From Laetmonice hystrix (taxonomy: Eukaryota): a stretch of DNA of 64,000 bases. Within the stretch, counting starts at the first letter, position 1. The number at the start of each line of letters is the position of its first letter. Below the pieces are notes generated by a model that saw only the letters and a program-made list of their open reading frames with translations, had not been told where the DNA came from and searched no databases. Made by a program: the position numbers and the translations under genes. The DNA is taken from positions 1,612,001 to 1,676,000 of the forward strand of contig OZ249441.1 of NCBI GenBank assembly GCA_965235115.1, read 5' to 3'. Below are positions 40,901 through 53,276 of this stretch, one piece after another.

Positions 40901-43336
40901 CGGCTGTACACCTGGCACAGAATATCACACTCAAGTTTCTAGGAACCTTTCTTTCTCCCGGATGGCCATTCCATTATTTTTTGGTGTCCTTGAAAAATCT
41001 ATAAGGATTCCATGGTCGATTTCCAACCTCTGTTAGCTACTTCTTACTTTATTCATTGTTTGACTTTCAATACTACATTGTATCCTTTTCAGGCAGGCAT
41101 GACTCTCTAGTCTCAGACCTGTTACTCTCAGGTACAATTTCAGCAGCGTTTACGTGGTTCTGAGACAGCCAAGGACAAACAGCAGAGCTCTCTGGAAAGA
41201 ATATTTTCAGATATGTGGCCTGGAAAATAATGGAGTACGTGCCTCATGATATGAGAAGGACAGCAATTTTAGCTGGGGACTGCGGTGCTGCATCTTGGAA
41301 TTTTAAAAAAGGTCAGGAATTTTTGGAAAAGGGCAAGACCCTTACTGACTTTAAAAAAGTCCTGTACCATGTTAACCCCAGCCATACACAATTTCCTAAG
41401 ACCCCAGTGGTCGTTAAATAAGTAAATTTGTAGCCACTAACCCAGGAGCCCGGGACTACCAAAAAACAATACGGAAAACTATGTTCTTCGGTTGTCCATG
41501 CACGTGGTCAGAATAATTGGGCCACATGAGGCATATAGTAAAAGGAGAATTGTCATTTAATAGTTGATGATTATTGCATTGGGTTAGTCGTTGATTGTTG
41601 GGAAAATGTTCATAATCCCTCATTATATGGGAACCTTGCAGAGATCACACGATTCAATGAGGAATGGAGATCTCTGCAATAAGAGTCGTCTTTTTCCGTC
41701 ATGAATAATAAAAATGGATTACAACATGGGCAAGTGTTGTTTTTAGGATTATACCAGATAAAAATACCGACAACCACTTAGATTTAACGAACAACCACTA
41801 CTTTAGAAAGTGGTTGTCTATGAGCAAAGTTCTGTTTTAAAATGTGATTAGTCGATCACTGGCCCCAATAGTTATGTGATGCCCTGTTCGTTTAATAGTT
41901 TAATCACCCTGCGCATCTTGACCATTTTATTATGACAAACCCCACGGTTAGTGCCTCGGCTCCACATACCACTGCGATAGTCATCAAGGGGCCTTCAGGG
42001 AGCAATACTCAAATTTAATACACGCCCAGAGCAGATGCCATCTTGGAAGGGCTACAGCCTGGGAGGATCCAGGAATTTGGAATGGGGTGGGGGGGGGGGG
42101 GGAGAGAAACTGATGCGAAAGGGATCCCCCCCAATCCTTTACGGGGCTACTGAAACCAGTTGAAACAAGTGAAGTGATTCTGAACTCTATATTCAAGCAG
42201 CGATTATTTATTATTAAAAAAACATAAATCCTTTCCACATGTGTTTTTTTTCCTTGTTATAAAATATAGTTTTTTGTTGTTTTCCCATTTGGTCAGACTA
42301 GCAACTTTTTCAAGGTACAAACCCAACTGGCTTGTGGGTAAACGTTCCAGTGCTGGGGAGGTGAAAGGGCGTGCTGCTTAAAACCATGCGGTGGTTACTC
42401 CCTTGACTCAACTTTGAGATAGGACTTAATCAAACCTTAGGACGTTGAGCCTCTAGCGCTCGCATAGTTTACCCATCTACGTGTAACACGAACAAGAAGA
42501 AACCCAGCATGGAGCATGGAGACACTGATCAATATACAGACAGCATGGCTTATAGTTTTTGCTACAAACAACTGTCAAATTGAAAGTAGGTCAAGTGGTT
42601 CATAAAAAACATGTAAATTTTCTTGCCCTCAACTTCATAAATAAAGAAACAAATGAAGGATTACATTCATAATGGAAGGCAACAAAATTGAACCGGGGGT
42701 GGGGGTGAGGGGGGGGTGGCAGGGGTTATTAAGGGCAATTTATATGTGCAAAGTATTATCAATATATTCCTGCATGCACCACAATCTATTTCCCCCTCAT
42801 AAATAAATCAACAAAAATATGTTAACTTGCACCTAATCCCGGTTGAATCCTGAGTGGGGTAAGGAGTTCTTTAAAAACTGGGTCAGAAAAAGCACTGACT
42901 GAGGATGGGAACAATGACACAGATGATGGACTGAGTGTTTGACAAAGGGCAGCAGCCAATCACCACAGGGCATTCATGCAACCCCACAGCTGTCTATTGA
43001 CGCTCAGGTTTTGCCTCCAAATTTAAAATTCTTACATGTCACTATGCAAGTTACTGGGGCAGTGAAGGCTAACATAAACATTCTGGTGTTCAATATATAC
43101 CTTACTGCCTTCTTTAAACCTTAGTGCCTTCTATTCACCCCATAGACCCGAGTGAACCCACAAGTCTGTCTGTACCCTGTACATCATGTATTTGCTCAGT
43201 TTGATGACATCACTAGATATCAACATACCGTGACCTCAGCCACGTGCATATAACAACCTTTACAAGTTTTAAAAGGGTGTAGAAATGAGTGGTTCAGTGT
43301 TCTACTTGTGGCTATGCAATCAAGGCGATACGTTAC

Positions 43337-44128
43337 CTGGTTTCTGAAGGCTTGGTTGCCGGTCATGTGCTGCTGTTGGTATGGATTCATGGAAGAACCC
43401 CCTCTCTGTCCTGGCCATCCTTGAGGGTTGTTGAAGGAGGGGTTGTTGGCCATGTCAGGTGTACCTGCTTTCTGCTGACCTATTACATACTCTCCATATC
43501 CGCCTCCTGTGTATCTCTGGTTAGAGTTGGCGTTTTGTAGCAGTTGATTTAACGTTGGCGTTGGTCCCCCTTGTTGTTGAATACCAGGTCCCCCACCTCC
43601 TGGGTGTCTTTGTTGACCAGAGTTATAGTTTGAAGGCATCATACCCATATTACTGCCTACATTGCCTGGCCTACCAGGTAATGGCCCAGACCTAGAGGTC
43701 TGGGGGAATGCTTGTCGCATATTCTGTTGTGCAAACTGAGAAAACTGGTTGTTTTCCTGTGGAAAATCACCACCTTCACTGCTAGGCAGTCCGCCATGTT
43801 GCTCTGCCATAGTGTAGTTTCCTCGGTTGAAATTGCTGTTATAACTAGGTGCCTGCGACCTAGACATTGTATCATTCATTTTACCAAAACTGTCATTACT
43901 CAAACCTTGATCCCCTGTACCTTGGGAAAAGTTATTCATATCCGAATTCATGTGGTGGCCGTCTAAATTTGGAAGGAAGTCGTTTCGACTTCGATCCAAG
44001 TTCATGTTTTGTTGTCCTCCATCTTGAAACGAGTCCATTGTGTTAGACTCTGCACCATGGTTCGGCGACTTGAGCTTCGAATTCATCATAATGCCGTCGG
44101 ATTCTAAGTCCGAACTAACGTTTGCCAT
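43337..44128 (-). CDS. ARID1: ARID1 coding exon 1 (264 codons, MANVSSDLESDG...GPTPTLNQLL...AFRNQ)
   Basis: First in-frame ATG after an upstream TAG; donor CAG|gtaacg; contains the PTPTLNQLL (LxxLL) motif typical of ARID1A/B. Confidence 0.9.
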
Positions 44129-44939
44129 ACTAGAGTGCTTACCGGCGATGTTGTTGCGGTTCTACGATGTCAGATCCGCGTCGTCACCCCGTCCCTTTTT
44201 GTTCACAATGACATCGACTGTATGCAGAACTGACATAATGCAAAGCATACACCCAGCGGGAAAAGGCGCTCAATCCCTGTGGAAACGTCTCCTCAAGTCT
44301 CCCGACCTCATCCTGGAAGTCCCCGATCAGTCTGTCAACTTTGTACACACGTGTTTTGAGATGGGTTACACCAGACTAAGGGGAAACTTAGGCTGATGGC
44401 AGCATGGTCTTATCATACACTAAGCTATTATATGGAACACTTCAATAGCGGGAATATCGGTGGATTACGACCCCGAATCATTGCGCACTTCAAATACATT
44501 CACACAGCCATTGGATTGAGTTCTTTCACACCAAGGACGGCCACGAATTTCTAACCCAATGTTTATGACATTCCTTTAGATCTACTACCATGTGGCAACA
44601 CTTAGTGATGACTTGAATACATTTCGGGATTCTTTTTGCAATATGTCCACTTGGCGGAGGGACAAACATTGACGGCTGTGATGCGTCCGAGGCATTCTTT
44701 TCAATTCGGCCTTTTCAATTAGCCGATACAGTATCCTCCCGTACTCTCCGAAGCTGCGTAGAATTAGTTATGAGCTGAGGAATTAACATGACAAGCATAA
44801 AGTTTACTTCGACGGAGATTTTGATGTCTTTTGGGTCCAATAAATATAGAAGGGACTATTTGCCAATGATTTTCATGCTGGAAAGTACGTTGACAATTAT
44901 GTGTGGGAGGTGAATGGAACAGCCTGCCAATTGCCAAAG

Positions 44940-46300
44940 GCCTCACGCGCTGACGTCACAGCGCGGACAGTTTTATATTATTGAGCACGCGATGGATGTG
45001 CCTCTTATTTTTTGCCTGTCTCACTCGCTATCTAGTTCATGAATTAGACGACACATTAATTCGTTATAATGCTGTACAGTTATATAAGTTTGTCAAAACT
45101 TGTAGTATTATTGAGTATTTTTCTTTTATGTGGGTGTTTTGGGCTTTGGAACTGGAATTTGATATTTTCGAGCTCTTCCCGTTATAAAACGTCCCCCCTC
45201 GTAGGGTAACCTCGGTCTGTCTGTTTGGCTTGAGCGGTGAGCTGTGGGTGCGCTCTAAATATTGATATCCGGTAGGTGGCAGCACATACCACTCAGGCAT
45301 TCCCTCCTAGCCAATATCATTGCCTAGTTACTGACTCATTTGTATGAAATTCCTTATGTTAGGCACTGTAGATACGTAATTGTTAAGACTCAGACGCATA
45401 TACAATTAATTACTATTGAAGACAAAATATTAACTGCACCGGTTGGGCCTGATAATATTACCGATATACCTTATAGGCTATAATATTCAACACTCTCCCC
45501 CTCGGCTATAGGGCCTACCTATATAGGCCTAGACCAATAGCATCTGCAGATGTATTCTTTTAGATTAAATTAATAATAAACGTGCATCATTTTATTTCCC
45601 TCGATTATCACTATTTGCGGCAGAAAATGACATTAAAAAGAAAACCAGACGGCGCCAGACGCTGTTCGTACGAATGTAGATCTATTCTATTATATATTGT
45701 AGGATACTGTTCACTTTGCATTTCATTATGAAAAGATACAGCATCGATTTGGATTGCAAAAGCTTTATAGAGATAGTGTTGGCGTTTTTCAAAGGCGGCG
45801 CGCGATCACCAGGGAACTAATCAGGGGCCGTATTATTAGTGTGTCGGGCCTGCAAACGGCGGGCTGCAATATTGGTCGACAGATCGTCTGCTACAACTGC
45901 ATCTGTGACAGGGCAACGGGGCAGCTGACGCCAAAACCATGTGGTTCCGAAGGACTGCGTGTAGTGCCGAGAGACGCCACGGGCTTCGCCGGGGCGGGTG
46001 CTTGTGGGGCCGCTGGGTCACTTTATTTTCGCTCGCTGAGCCCGCCCTCCCCCTTCCGCTGCCTGCGTGGTCGTGGGAGCCGAGTGTGAGTGGCGATGGC
46101 AAGGCGTATTGAACGTTCTCGGCACACGGACGCAGCGGCAGCGGAGAGACGCGCTGCTGCTGCCGCTGATGAAGCGAGCGGCAAACCAGCATCATGCATA
46201 GTGAATAAGGCTGAACGGTGTCTGTTATCGGCTCCTGAGGCAGGCTTCCTCAACAAGACTGGTAGAGCAGCATCGCGATAACTTGGAACCTAAACCACGG
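44940..46300. promoter_or_regulatory. CpG/GC-rich promoter-like region between divergent ARID1 and SLC22 genes
   Basis: CRE TGACGTCA at 44951-58; GC-box cccgccctccccc near 46041; CpG-dense stretch about 45780-46280; CTCF-like motifs. TSS not determinable. Confidence 0.5.
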
Positions 46301-47179
46301 TGGCAATTCAACAATGGGGCCTATAGCACCGTTGAGCAGTGAAACTTGAAAATCTTATAACGAGGCCAAGGCCTTAACATAAAACATAGGAGGCTTAATT
46401 AGGCCTAACATAGATCTATAGGCCTGCAAAAATAAGAGCTTATTATGAGGTAACACATAGGTTCTACAAGCGAAGAGGTGATCCGGTGATGTAGATTTAC
46501 ATACAGGATTCCCACCCTTTTTAAACCGTAATTTTTGTTGAATGAGAAAATTAATATAAATATTCACGGTATAATAATTAAAGTTTAAAGATGAGAAAAA
46601 TCAGATCAGAAAAAATATACAGGGATAGTCCTTACTAAAAATGAAGCAAGTAATTTCCGGGTCTTAGTTTTAAAAACTACGAGGAATTTTTATTACTTTG
46701 TTTATTCAAAATTTCTTCAATTACTTTCTCTAAAAAGTGACAGATAAAATAAGTACGTCAAGTACGTCAACAAGTTTTATATTGTCTGAATTTGTTCTTG
46801 AAAATTCAATAAAACCCTCGTGTTAATTCTCCATACTTCAATCTATGCCAGCTCATACTCAATTCCTATACCCATGGAGTCTGGGCCCTAGGCCTCTAGC
46901 TAATAGTAGATCTAGGACTTATAGGTCCAAGCCAAAAACAAATTATAGAAGAAACTTCATAATCTTATTATAAATGTATCATAAAGGATTTGTTCGAACT
47001 GACCTAAAAAAAAAAGTATTAGATAAACATAAAGCGGCGATAAATTTCAATCTATTTAATATGCCGACGTGTTTCCAAAATTATTACTGCTGCTTCTCCC
47101 TGGTGGCAAAACAAGGAACTACGTATGACGAATTTAACACCAGATGGCGGATAGGGATGAGGGCCTGCGGCTGGTGAAG

Positions 47180-47257
47180 TAGACTGGTACCCCGACCTTA
47201 TCCCGACCAGGTATTGTCTAATGTACGTGGTCACTTAGAGCTGGGTGCTAGTCTATA
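47180..47257. mobile_element. 78 bp micro-MITE with 9 bp TSD (Mutator-like by TSD length)
   Basis: TIR TAGACTGGTACCC / GGGTGCTAGTCTA; CTGGTGAAG at 47171-79 and 47258-66. Confidence 0.75.
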
Positions 47258-48332
47258 CTGGTGAAGATCTGAGGACAAACGATGTGGCACCGCCTACCGA
47301 CGGTTAGGCTTCTTGCCTGAATACACCAGACTCTTTTTCCCGCTAGATGTCGCTCGTTGCAAATGAAGTATAGAGTTGCCGATAGGAGGAGTGGTGGTCG
47401 AGTCTCGCTCGGATCAGGCTCTTGACGAGTACACGTGGGTCATATAACACTGGTCGATATTATAAAGACCTTCACGTAAGGCAAGAAAAAAAGAGTTTTT
47501 CTCGTCGTTTTGTCGGGAATTAGCTACGTGTCGTCTATAGTTCCATAGAAACTAATTAGGCACGTCGAATCTTACTACTTGAGGATTTTGAGGTGTTTCA
47601 ATGAACACCTTCCCTGCTTAGATAATAAAATTAAGATAGGCATTGACAGGTCTAGTCGCTTTCAAAATTTGTGCCATTATTTCTTGCAATCTGCGCCTTG
47701 GCCACTAGACTAATTTTATATCTGCCTGGCACGGACATTTTCTGATGTTGTAGGCCTATGTTAATTATTGGCACTATGCACGGGCCACGGAGCCACGGCT
47801 CAACTCGCACCCTTCCCACGTCGGTATGTGTAAAAAAACATATGTTATAGGAAAGAAATTGTATACTAACCCATCACTTGAGGACCAGGGACCTAGGCCT
47901 ACCCGGATTCTGTGAGATCTATCTCTCTCTGACAGATAACATGCAGCTATTTCGGTTTTGCCTGGACGGACTGAGCTGAGAGGTCTATGCTGCGTATAAA
48001 CATTTGGGGCTACTTACAGGAGGTATGCCAGTAACCAGGCATCAACGTCACACATTGGCTGATGTGGTCACATGCTCTGGATGAACTCTTACTGCAAACA
48101 CGTCGCAAGTATCACGTCGAACCTTACGTCCAATTTCACACTTGTATTGTGTTTTCCGTACAACTTCACTGTCTGAATCTGCACAACGTCACAAACCAGA
48201 TTATATGTGTTAAAAAGTATTTCTTACATGTGCAAAAAATTACCTATGCATGAATAGGCCTAGTTTGAGGACAGGTTGAGTGGAGGATCCCCATGCAGGA
48301 GGACCGTGTAGATCATCACTCAGTCGGACAAG

Positions 48333-48767
48333 ATGGAGTACGAACAACTTGTACGGGATTATATCGGTGTATCAGGGAGATTCCAATGGATGATATTCAC
48401 GATTGCTTCACTCGATGCGTTTTCTTACGCCTTCTATACGATCATGCCGGTTTTTATCGCCCATGCCCCGCCACATTGGTGCAGTACGGAGGCGGAGACG
48501 TTATCTCAGTTATCCAACTGCTCCCAGGACGAAAGGATGACGTTTGCTATCCCCCAGACATGTGACGGGAAAGTTTGTGAGTACAGCTCATGTAAGATGT
48601 TCGTGAGAAATTATTCAGCTCTATATGATATGGACGCCATGGGCCAGCCTGAGAACACGTCATGCCCGCTACCTCTGATGACGAATTCAACGTGGAACTT
48701 AACGGAAGTCACCTGTACAGAATGGTCGTACGGTGACTCCTTTTACCAGGACACCGCTGCAAAAGAG
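48333..48767 (+). CDS. SLC22 exon 1 (TM1 and large extracellular loop)
   Basis: MEYEQLVRDYIGVSGRFQW...TAAKE; donor is weak (gttcct) but gives the conserved E|WGLVC junction. Confidence 0.85.
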
Positions 48768-49249
48768 GTTCCTAAAATACACCTAACCTATGCATGATAT
48801 CTTTGACCAGAAAATATGGTTCTATCATTATAGAGCCAGGGTCTGTCGCTGTAGGCCTACAAAGATTATCTGAACGCTGAAATAGGCGCGTGAAAAATCT
48901 AATGTCATTATATAGTGTACCAAGAAAGAGACTATTTCTTACGGATTCTTCCAGTAACTTCCTGGAGATGCATCCATTTCAATCACTATCAACTATAGGA
49001 CCTACAATAAGTAGGCCTACTATACCCCTTTTCTATATCCTCAAACTTTTTAAATAGGCCTACACAATGTAGAGTACGCACTAATAACTCGGGTCTACAA
49101 TATAGGGCCTATATGAGAGTCCTCTCGATGGGGCATTCGACCAATTCAGCGCACAGTAAGGACAAATAAATTTGGTCTCAGAGAAATGTCTAAGTACATA
49201 TAGTTTCTGTAAAAAGTTATACCCTGTGCCTATATGTTCACGTATACAG

Positions 49250-49353
49250 TGGGGCCTGGTGTGTGACCGAGAGGCTGAAGCCATGACTATTGGTGGTATC
49301 TACATGCTGGGCCGACTGTTTGGTTCGTCGTTACTAGGACCACTTCCTGACAC
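49250..49353 (+). CDS. SLC22 exon 2 (WGLVCDR...GPLPD)
   Basis: tatacag / gtacgt, 104 nt, phase 0-2. Confidence 0.9.
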
Positions 49354-49813
49354 GTACGTTACAACACCCCCCAGCACCTTCACCACCTTCCACCCTAACC
49401 CGCAACACATGCTAAATGGGTTCGACCTTTACTAAAGTTACAGAAGGGTCCATTTATCAAGGTATCGGGCAGTCTATATATATCTTTGTTGGCCTAGACA
49501 AAATTGCATCTTTGATCTTTGTAACCCAGTTAAGAAATATCTTGTGGGGAACAGAAATATAGGCTTTATATGAATGTAGTTCCTCGAGCGTTGGCTCCTG
49601 AGAAAACCATCAGATCTAAAAGATCGCACTTCCTATTGTAACAATTTTTTTACATGCACCTAAAAATCTATGGGACAGCTTGGACTCTATAGGGTGGAGT
49701 TGCGCAGGGTATAGGCCTATACTTCAGCGAGTTTTTGCAATTTTTTGAATTTATAGGGGGAGCTTAGGCTGTAATCTGCACAACCAATGAAGGACACACC
49801 TTTTCTCTTGCAG

Positions 49814-49968
49814 CTTTGGTCGTCGGCCTGTCATGATCGGTACCACAGCCGTTGTCTTTGCCTGTGTAGTCTCCTGTGCCTTTATGACGAATTTTTACGC
49901 CTTTCTGGCTCTACGTTTCCTTCTAGCCCTGGCTGACATGTCCCGTTCGAGCACAGGATTTATAATTG
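49814..49968 (+). CDS. SLC22 exon 3 (FGRRP...RFLLAL...GFII)
   Basis: ctcttgcag / gtattt, 155 nt, phase 2-1. Confidence 0.9.
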
Positions 49969-50036
49969 GTATTTAAACATTCTGGATAATTTTGATAAGA
50001 TGAATGTATTCTTTAACAGCCACCTTATCGGCATAG

Positions 50037-50037
<1 letters not shown>

Positions 50038-50067
<30 letters not shown>

Positions 50068-50079
50068 CTTCTTCTTCTT
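50038..50079. repeat. (CTT)n microsatellite
   Basis: About 14 copies. Confidence 0.95.
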
Positions 50080-50173
50080 TTTTATAGCTTTTATATAAAA
50101 GCGTCATTTAATAATGTATTGTTGCAAAATATATAATAAATAACGTAAAATGACAACGTGCATACTTCCACAG

Positions 50174-50345
50174 GGATCGAGTTTTGTGGACAATTCAAGC
50201 GGGTCAAGTTCACGGCCTACTGGAACCTGTTCTGGGCGAGCGGATACTGCAGTTTCGCCGCAGTGGCCTATCTACTCCGACGTTGGCGTTACCTGCACCT
50301 TGTGTCCGTATTGCCCGAGATACCCTTCTTCCTGGCCTATCTCAT
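50174..50345 (+). CDS. SLC22 exon 4 (IEFCG...FFLAYL)
   Basis: ttccacag / gtgagt, 172 nt, phase 1-2. Confidence 0.9.
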
Positions 50346-50383
50346 GTGAGTCGCTCTTCATGAGTCGCTCTTCATATATAAGA

Positions 50384-50716
50384 TACGGAGCCCCTAAGGA
50401 GACACGAGTGTAAACAAAGTTATACATTATATCGTTTCGTCGAAATGATTTCGTGGGAACGAAATAACATATTTCGTTCCGTCGAAATCATTTTGAGGGA
50501 ACCAAATAATATATTTCGTTCCGTCGAAATCATTTTGAGGAAACGAAATAACATATTTCTTTGCCTCGAAATCATTTTGAGGGAACGAATTATGTTATTT
50601 CGTTCCCACGAAATCATTTCGAGTGAACGAAATATGTTATTTTCTTTCCTCAAATAATTTCGAGGCAACTAAATAACATAATTTTGCCCCACCTATGTCC
50701 CCTTAGGGGCTCCGTA
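50384..50716. mobile_element. MITE with 16 bp TIR (including TA) and internal degenerate palindromic repeats of about 42 bp
   Basis: TACGGAGCCCCTAAGG / CCTTAGGGGCTCCGTA; TA ends suggest a Tc1/mariner-type TSD (inference). Confidence 0.85.
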
Positions 50717-50718
50717 AT

Positions 50719-50935
50719 AGGCAGCGTGGATCCATTATTAAAATGCAATGCTGCATGCAGGACCATCAAGTTGTCAAGGTTCAAACCACGAGCACTGGAG
50801 GGTAAACAGGACCGACGGGACTCTATAGGCCTAGGGTCTCTATATCGTTTAGAGTTGACGAAATATATGAGGGTGATCATTCCAACAATAAGCCTACTGC
50901 ATGTCAAACTTGTGATGTATGCTGCACTATACATC
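50719..50935 (+). mobile_element. Possible decayed tRNA-derived SINE
   Basis: B-box-like GGTTCAAACC near 50778 with a GC-rich head; no full cloverleaf. Confidence 0.3.
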
Positions 50936-50978
50936 GTCCAAAAAAAGCCAGCTTACGAACGTCTCGTGTTTCTTCTAG

Positions 50979-51108
50979 TTTTCTCCCAGAATCACCACGT
51001 TGGTTACTTCTTAAAAATCGCGACAAGGAGGTTCATAAGGTCATCGAAAGTATGGCACGGTGTAACGGATCGAAACTTCCCGACGGCTGGAGTGTTGTTG
51101 ACACCCAG
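50979..51108 (+). CDS. SLC22 exon 5 (FLPESPRWLLLK...WSVVDTQ)
   Basis: tttcttctag / gtaagt, 130 nt, phase 2-0; PESPRW motif. Confidence 0.92.
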
Positions 51109-53075
51109 GTAAGTATGATCGTTACTGACTTCAGACTGAAAGTATGGCAAGGTGTAACGGATCGAAACTTCCCGACGGCTGGAGTGTTGTTGACACCCAG
51201 GTAAGTATGATCGTTACTGACTTCATACTGAAAGTATGGCAAGGTGTAACGGATCGAAACTTCCGGACTGCTGGAGTGTTGTTGACACCCAGGTAAGTAT
51301 GATCGTTACTGACTTCATACTGAAAGTATGGCAAGGTGTAACGGATCGAAACTTCCCGACGGCTGGAGTGTTGTTGACACCCAGGTAAGTATGATCGTTA
51401 CTGACTTCATACTGAAAGTATGGCAAGGTGTAACGGATCGAAACTTCCGGACTGCTGGAGTGTTGTTGACACCCAGGTAAGTATGATCGTTACTGACTTC
51501 ATACTGAAAGTATGGCACGATGTAACGGGTCGAAACTTCCCGACGGCTGGAGTGTTGTTGACACCCAGGTAAGTATGATCGTTACTGACTTCATACTGAA
51601 AGGATCGAAACTTCCGGACGACTGGAGTGTTGTTGACACCCAGGTAAGTATGATCGTTACTGACTTCATACTGAAAGTATGGCAAGGTGTAACGGGTCGA
51701 AACTTCCGGACTGCTGGAGTGTTGTTGACACTCAGGTAAGTATGATCGTTACTGACTTCATACTGAAAGTATGGCAAGGTGTAACGGATCGAAACTTCCG
51801 GACTGCTGGAGTGTTGTTGACACTCAGGTAAGTATGATCGTTACTGACTTCATACTGAAAGTATGGCAAGGTGTAACGGATCGAAACTTCCGGACTGCTG
51901 GAGTGTTGTTGACACCCAGGTAAGTATGATCGTTACTGACTTCATACTGAAAGTATGGCAAGGTGTAACGGATCGAAACTTCCGGACAGCTGGAGTGTTG
52001 TTGACACTCAGGTAAGTATGATCGTTACTGACTTCATACTGAAAGTATGGCAAGGTGTAACGGATCGAAACTTCCGGACTGCTGGAGTGTTGTTGACACT
52101 CAGGTAAGTATGATCGTTACTGACTTCATACTGAAAGTATGGCAAGGTGTAACGGATCGAAACTTCCGGACTGCTGGAGTGTTGTTGACACTCAGGTAAG
52201 TATGATCGTTACTGACTTCATACTGAAAGTATGGCAAGGTGTAACGGATCGAAACTTCCCGACGGCTGGAGTGTTGTTGACACCCAGGTAAGTATGATCG
52301 TTACTGACTTCATACTGAAAGGATCGAAACTTCCGGACGGCTGGAGTGTTGTTGACACTCAGGTAAGTATGATCGTTACTGACTTCATACTGAAAGGATC
52401 GAAACTTCCGGACGGCTGGAGTGTTGTTGACACTCAGGTAAGTATGATCGTTACTGACTTCATACTGAAAGGATCGAAACTTCCGGACGGCTGGAGTGTT
52501 GTTGACACTCAGGTAAGTATGATCGTTACTGACTTCATACTGAAAGTATGGCAAGGTGTAACGGATCGAAACTTCCCGACGGCTGGAGTGTTGTTGACAC
52601 CCAGGTAAGTATGATCGTTACTGACTTCATACTGAAAGGATCGAAACTTCCGGACGGCTGGAGTGTTGTTGACACTCAGGTAAGTATGATCGTTACTGAC
52701 TTCATACTGAAAGTATGGCAAGGTGTAACGGGTCGAAACTTCCCGACGGCTGGAGTGTTGTTGACACCCAGGTAAGTATGATCGTTACTGACTTCATACT
52801 GAAAGTATGGCAAGGTGTAACGGATCGAAACTTCCGGACAGCTGGAGTGTTGTTGACACCCAGGTAAGTATGATCGTTACTCACTTAATACTGAAAGTAT
52901 GGCAAGGTGTAACGGATCGAAACTTCCGGACAGCTGGAGTGTTGTTGACACCCAGGTAAGTATGATCGTTACTGACTTCATACTGAAAGTATGGCAAGGT
53001 GTAACGGATCGAAACTTCCGGACAGCTGGAGTGTTGTTGACACCCAGGTAGGTATCGTTGCTGCCTTCATACTTG
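51046..53075 (+). repeat. Tandem array (92 and 75 bp units) of the exon 5 3' end plus donor site, 23 donor copies
   Basis: gaaagtatggc..gtgttgttgacac(c/t)CAG|GTAAGTATgatcgttactgacttcatact; GT at 51109, 51201 ... 52956, 53048. Confidence 0.97.
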
Positions 53076-53193
53076 TTCGATTACCTCGATAAAAGAACTT
53101 TATGGCTTGAAAGGTGTCTCTTACCAAACCTTTACCATAACGCTTGTATAGAAAATTATCAAAATTATATCCTGACACCGTCTCTTTCAACAG

Positions 53194-53276
53194 AGTAACG
53201 AAAAGAGGGGGAGCTGCTTGGACCTTTTCAAGACACCACGTTTACGTTTGATAACCATCGTTCTTGCCTATATATT
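53194..53276 (+). CDS. SLC22 exon 6 (SNEKRGSCLDLFKTPRLRLITIVLAYI)
   Basis: ctttcaacag / gtaagt, 83 nt, phase 0-2; DLFxTPxLR motif. Confidence 0.9.

Larger units (their letters stand above)
3252..44128 (-). other. ARID1: ARID1A/B (osa) orthologue, 5' part: 5 coding exons in the window (557 codons); ARID domain and C-terminus lie off the left edge
   Basis: Exons join in phase (0,0,0,1,1) with GT-AG sites. Motifs GPTPTLNQLL, RPTPSPVGS..GSRS and GNQ..PMPPRPPS match my recollection of the ARID1 N-terminal region, with the expected Q/P/G/M-rich composition. Confidence 0.88.

Noticed and set aside
43561-43570. Match to the 5' end of miR-133 (TTGGTCCCC)
   Set aside because: Only about 10 nt, antisense within ARID1 coding sequence, no hairpin.
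45754-46281. ORFs of 63-119 aa, or a telomerase/7SK/RNase P RNA, in the GC-rich patch
   Set aside because: ORFs are low-complexity by-products of high GC. There is no CUAACCCU template, paired GAUC motifs or complete CR-I to CR-V set.
47150-47338. Pol III structured RNA (RNase P, vault or H/ACA-like): GAAGATCTGAG, CAGACT, terminal T5
   Set aside because: CR-I to CR-V spacing of about 55 nt is too short for RNase P, no B-box for vault RNA, and no correctly placed H box. The main hairpin is explained by a MITE with a 9 bp TSD.
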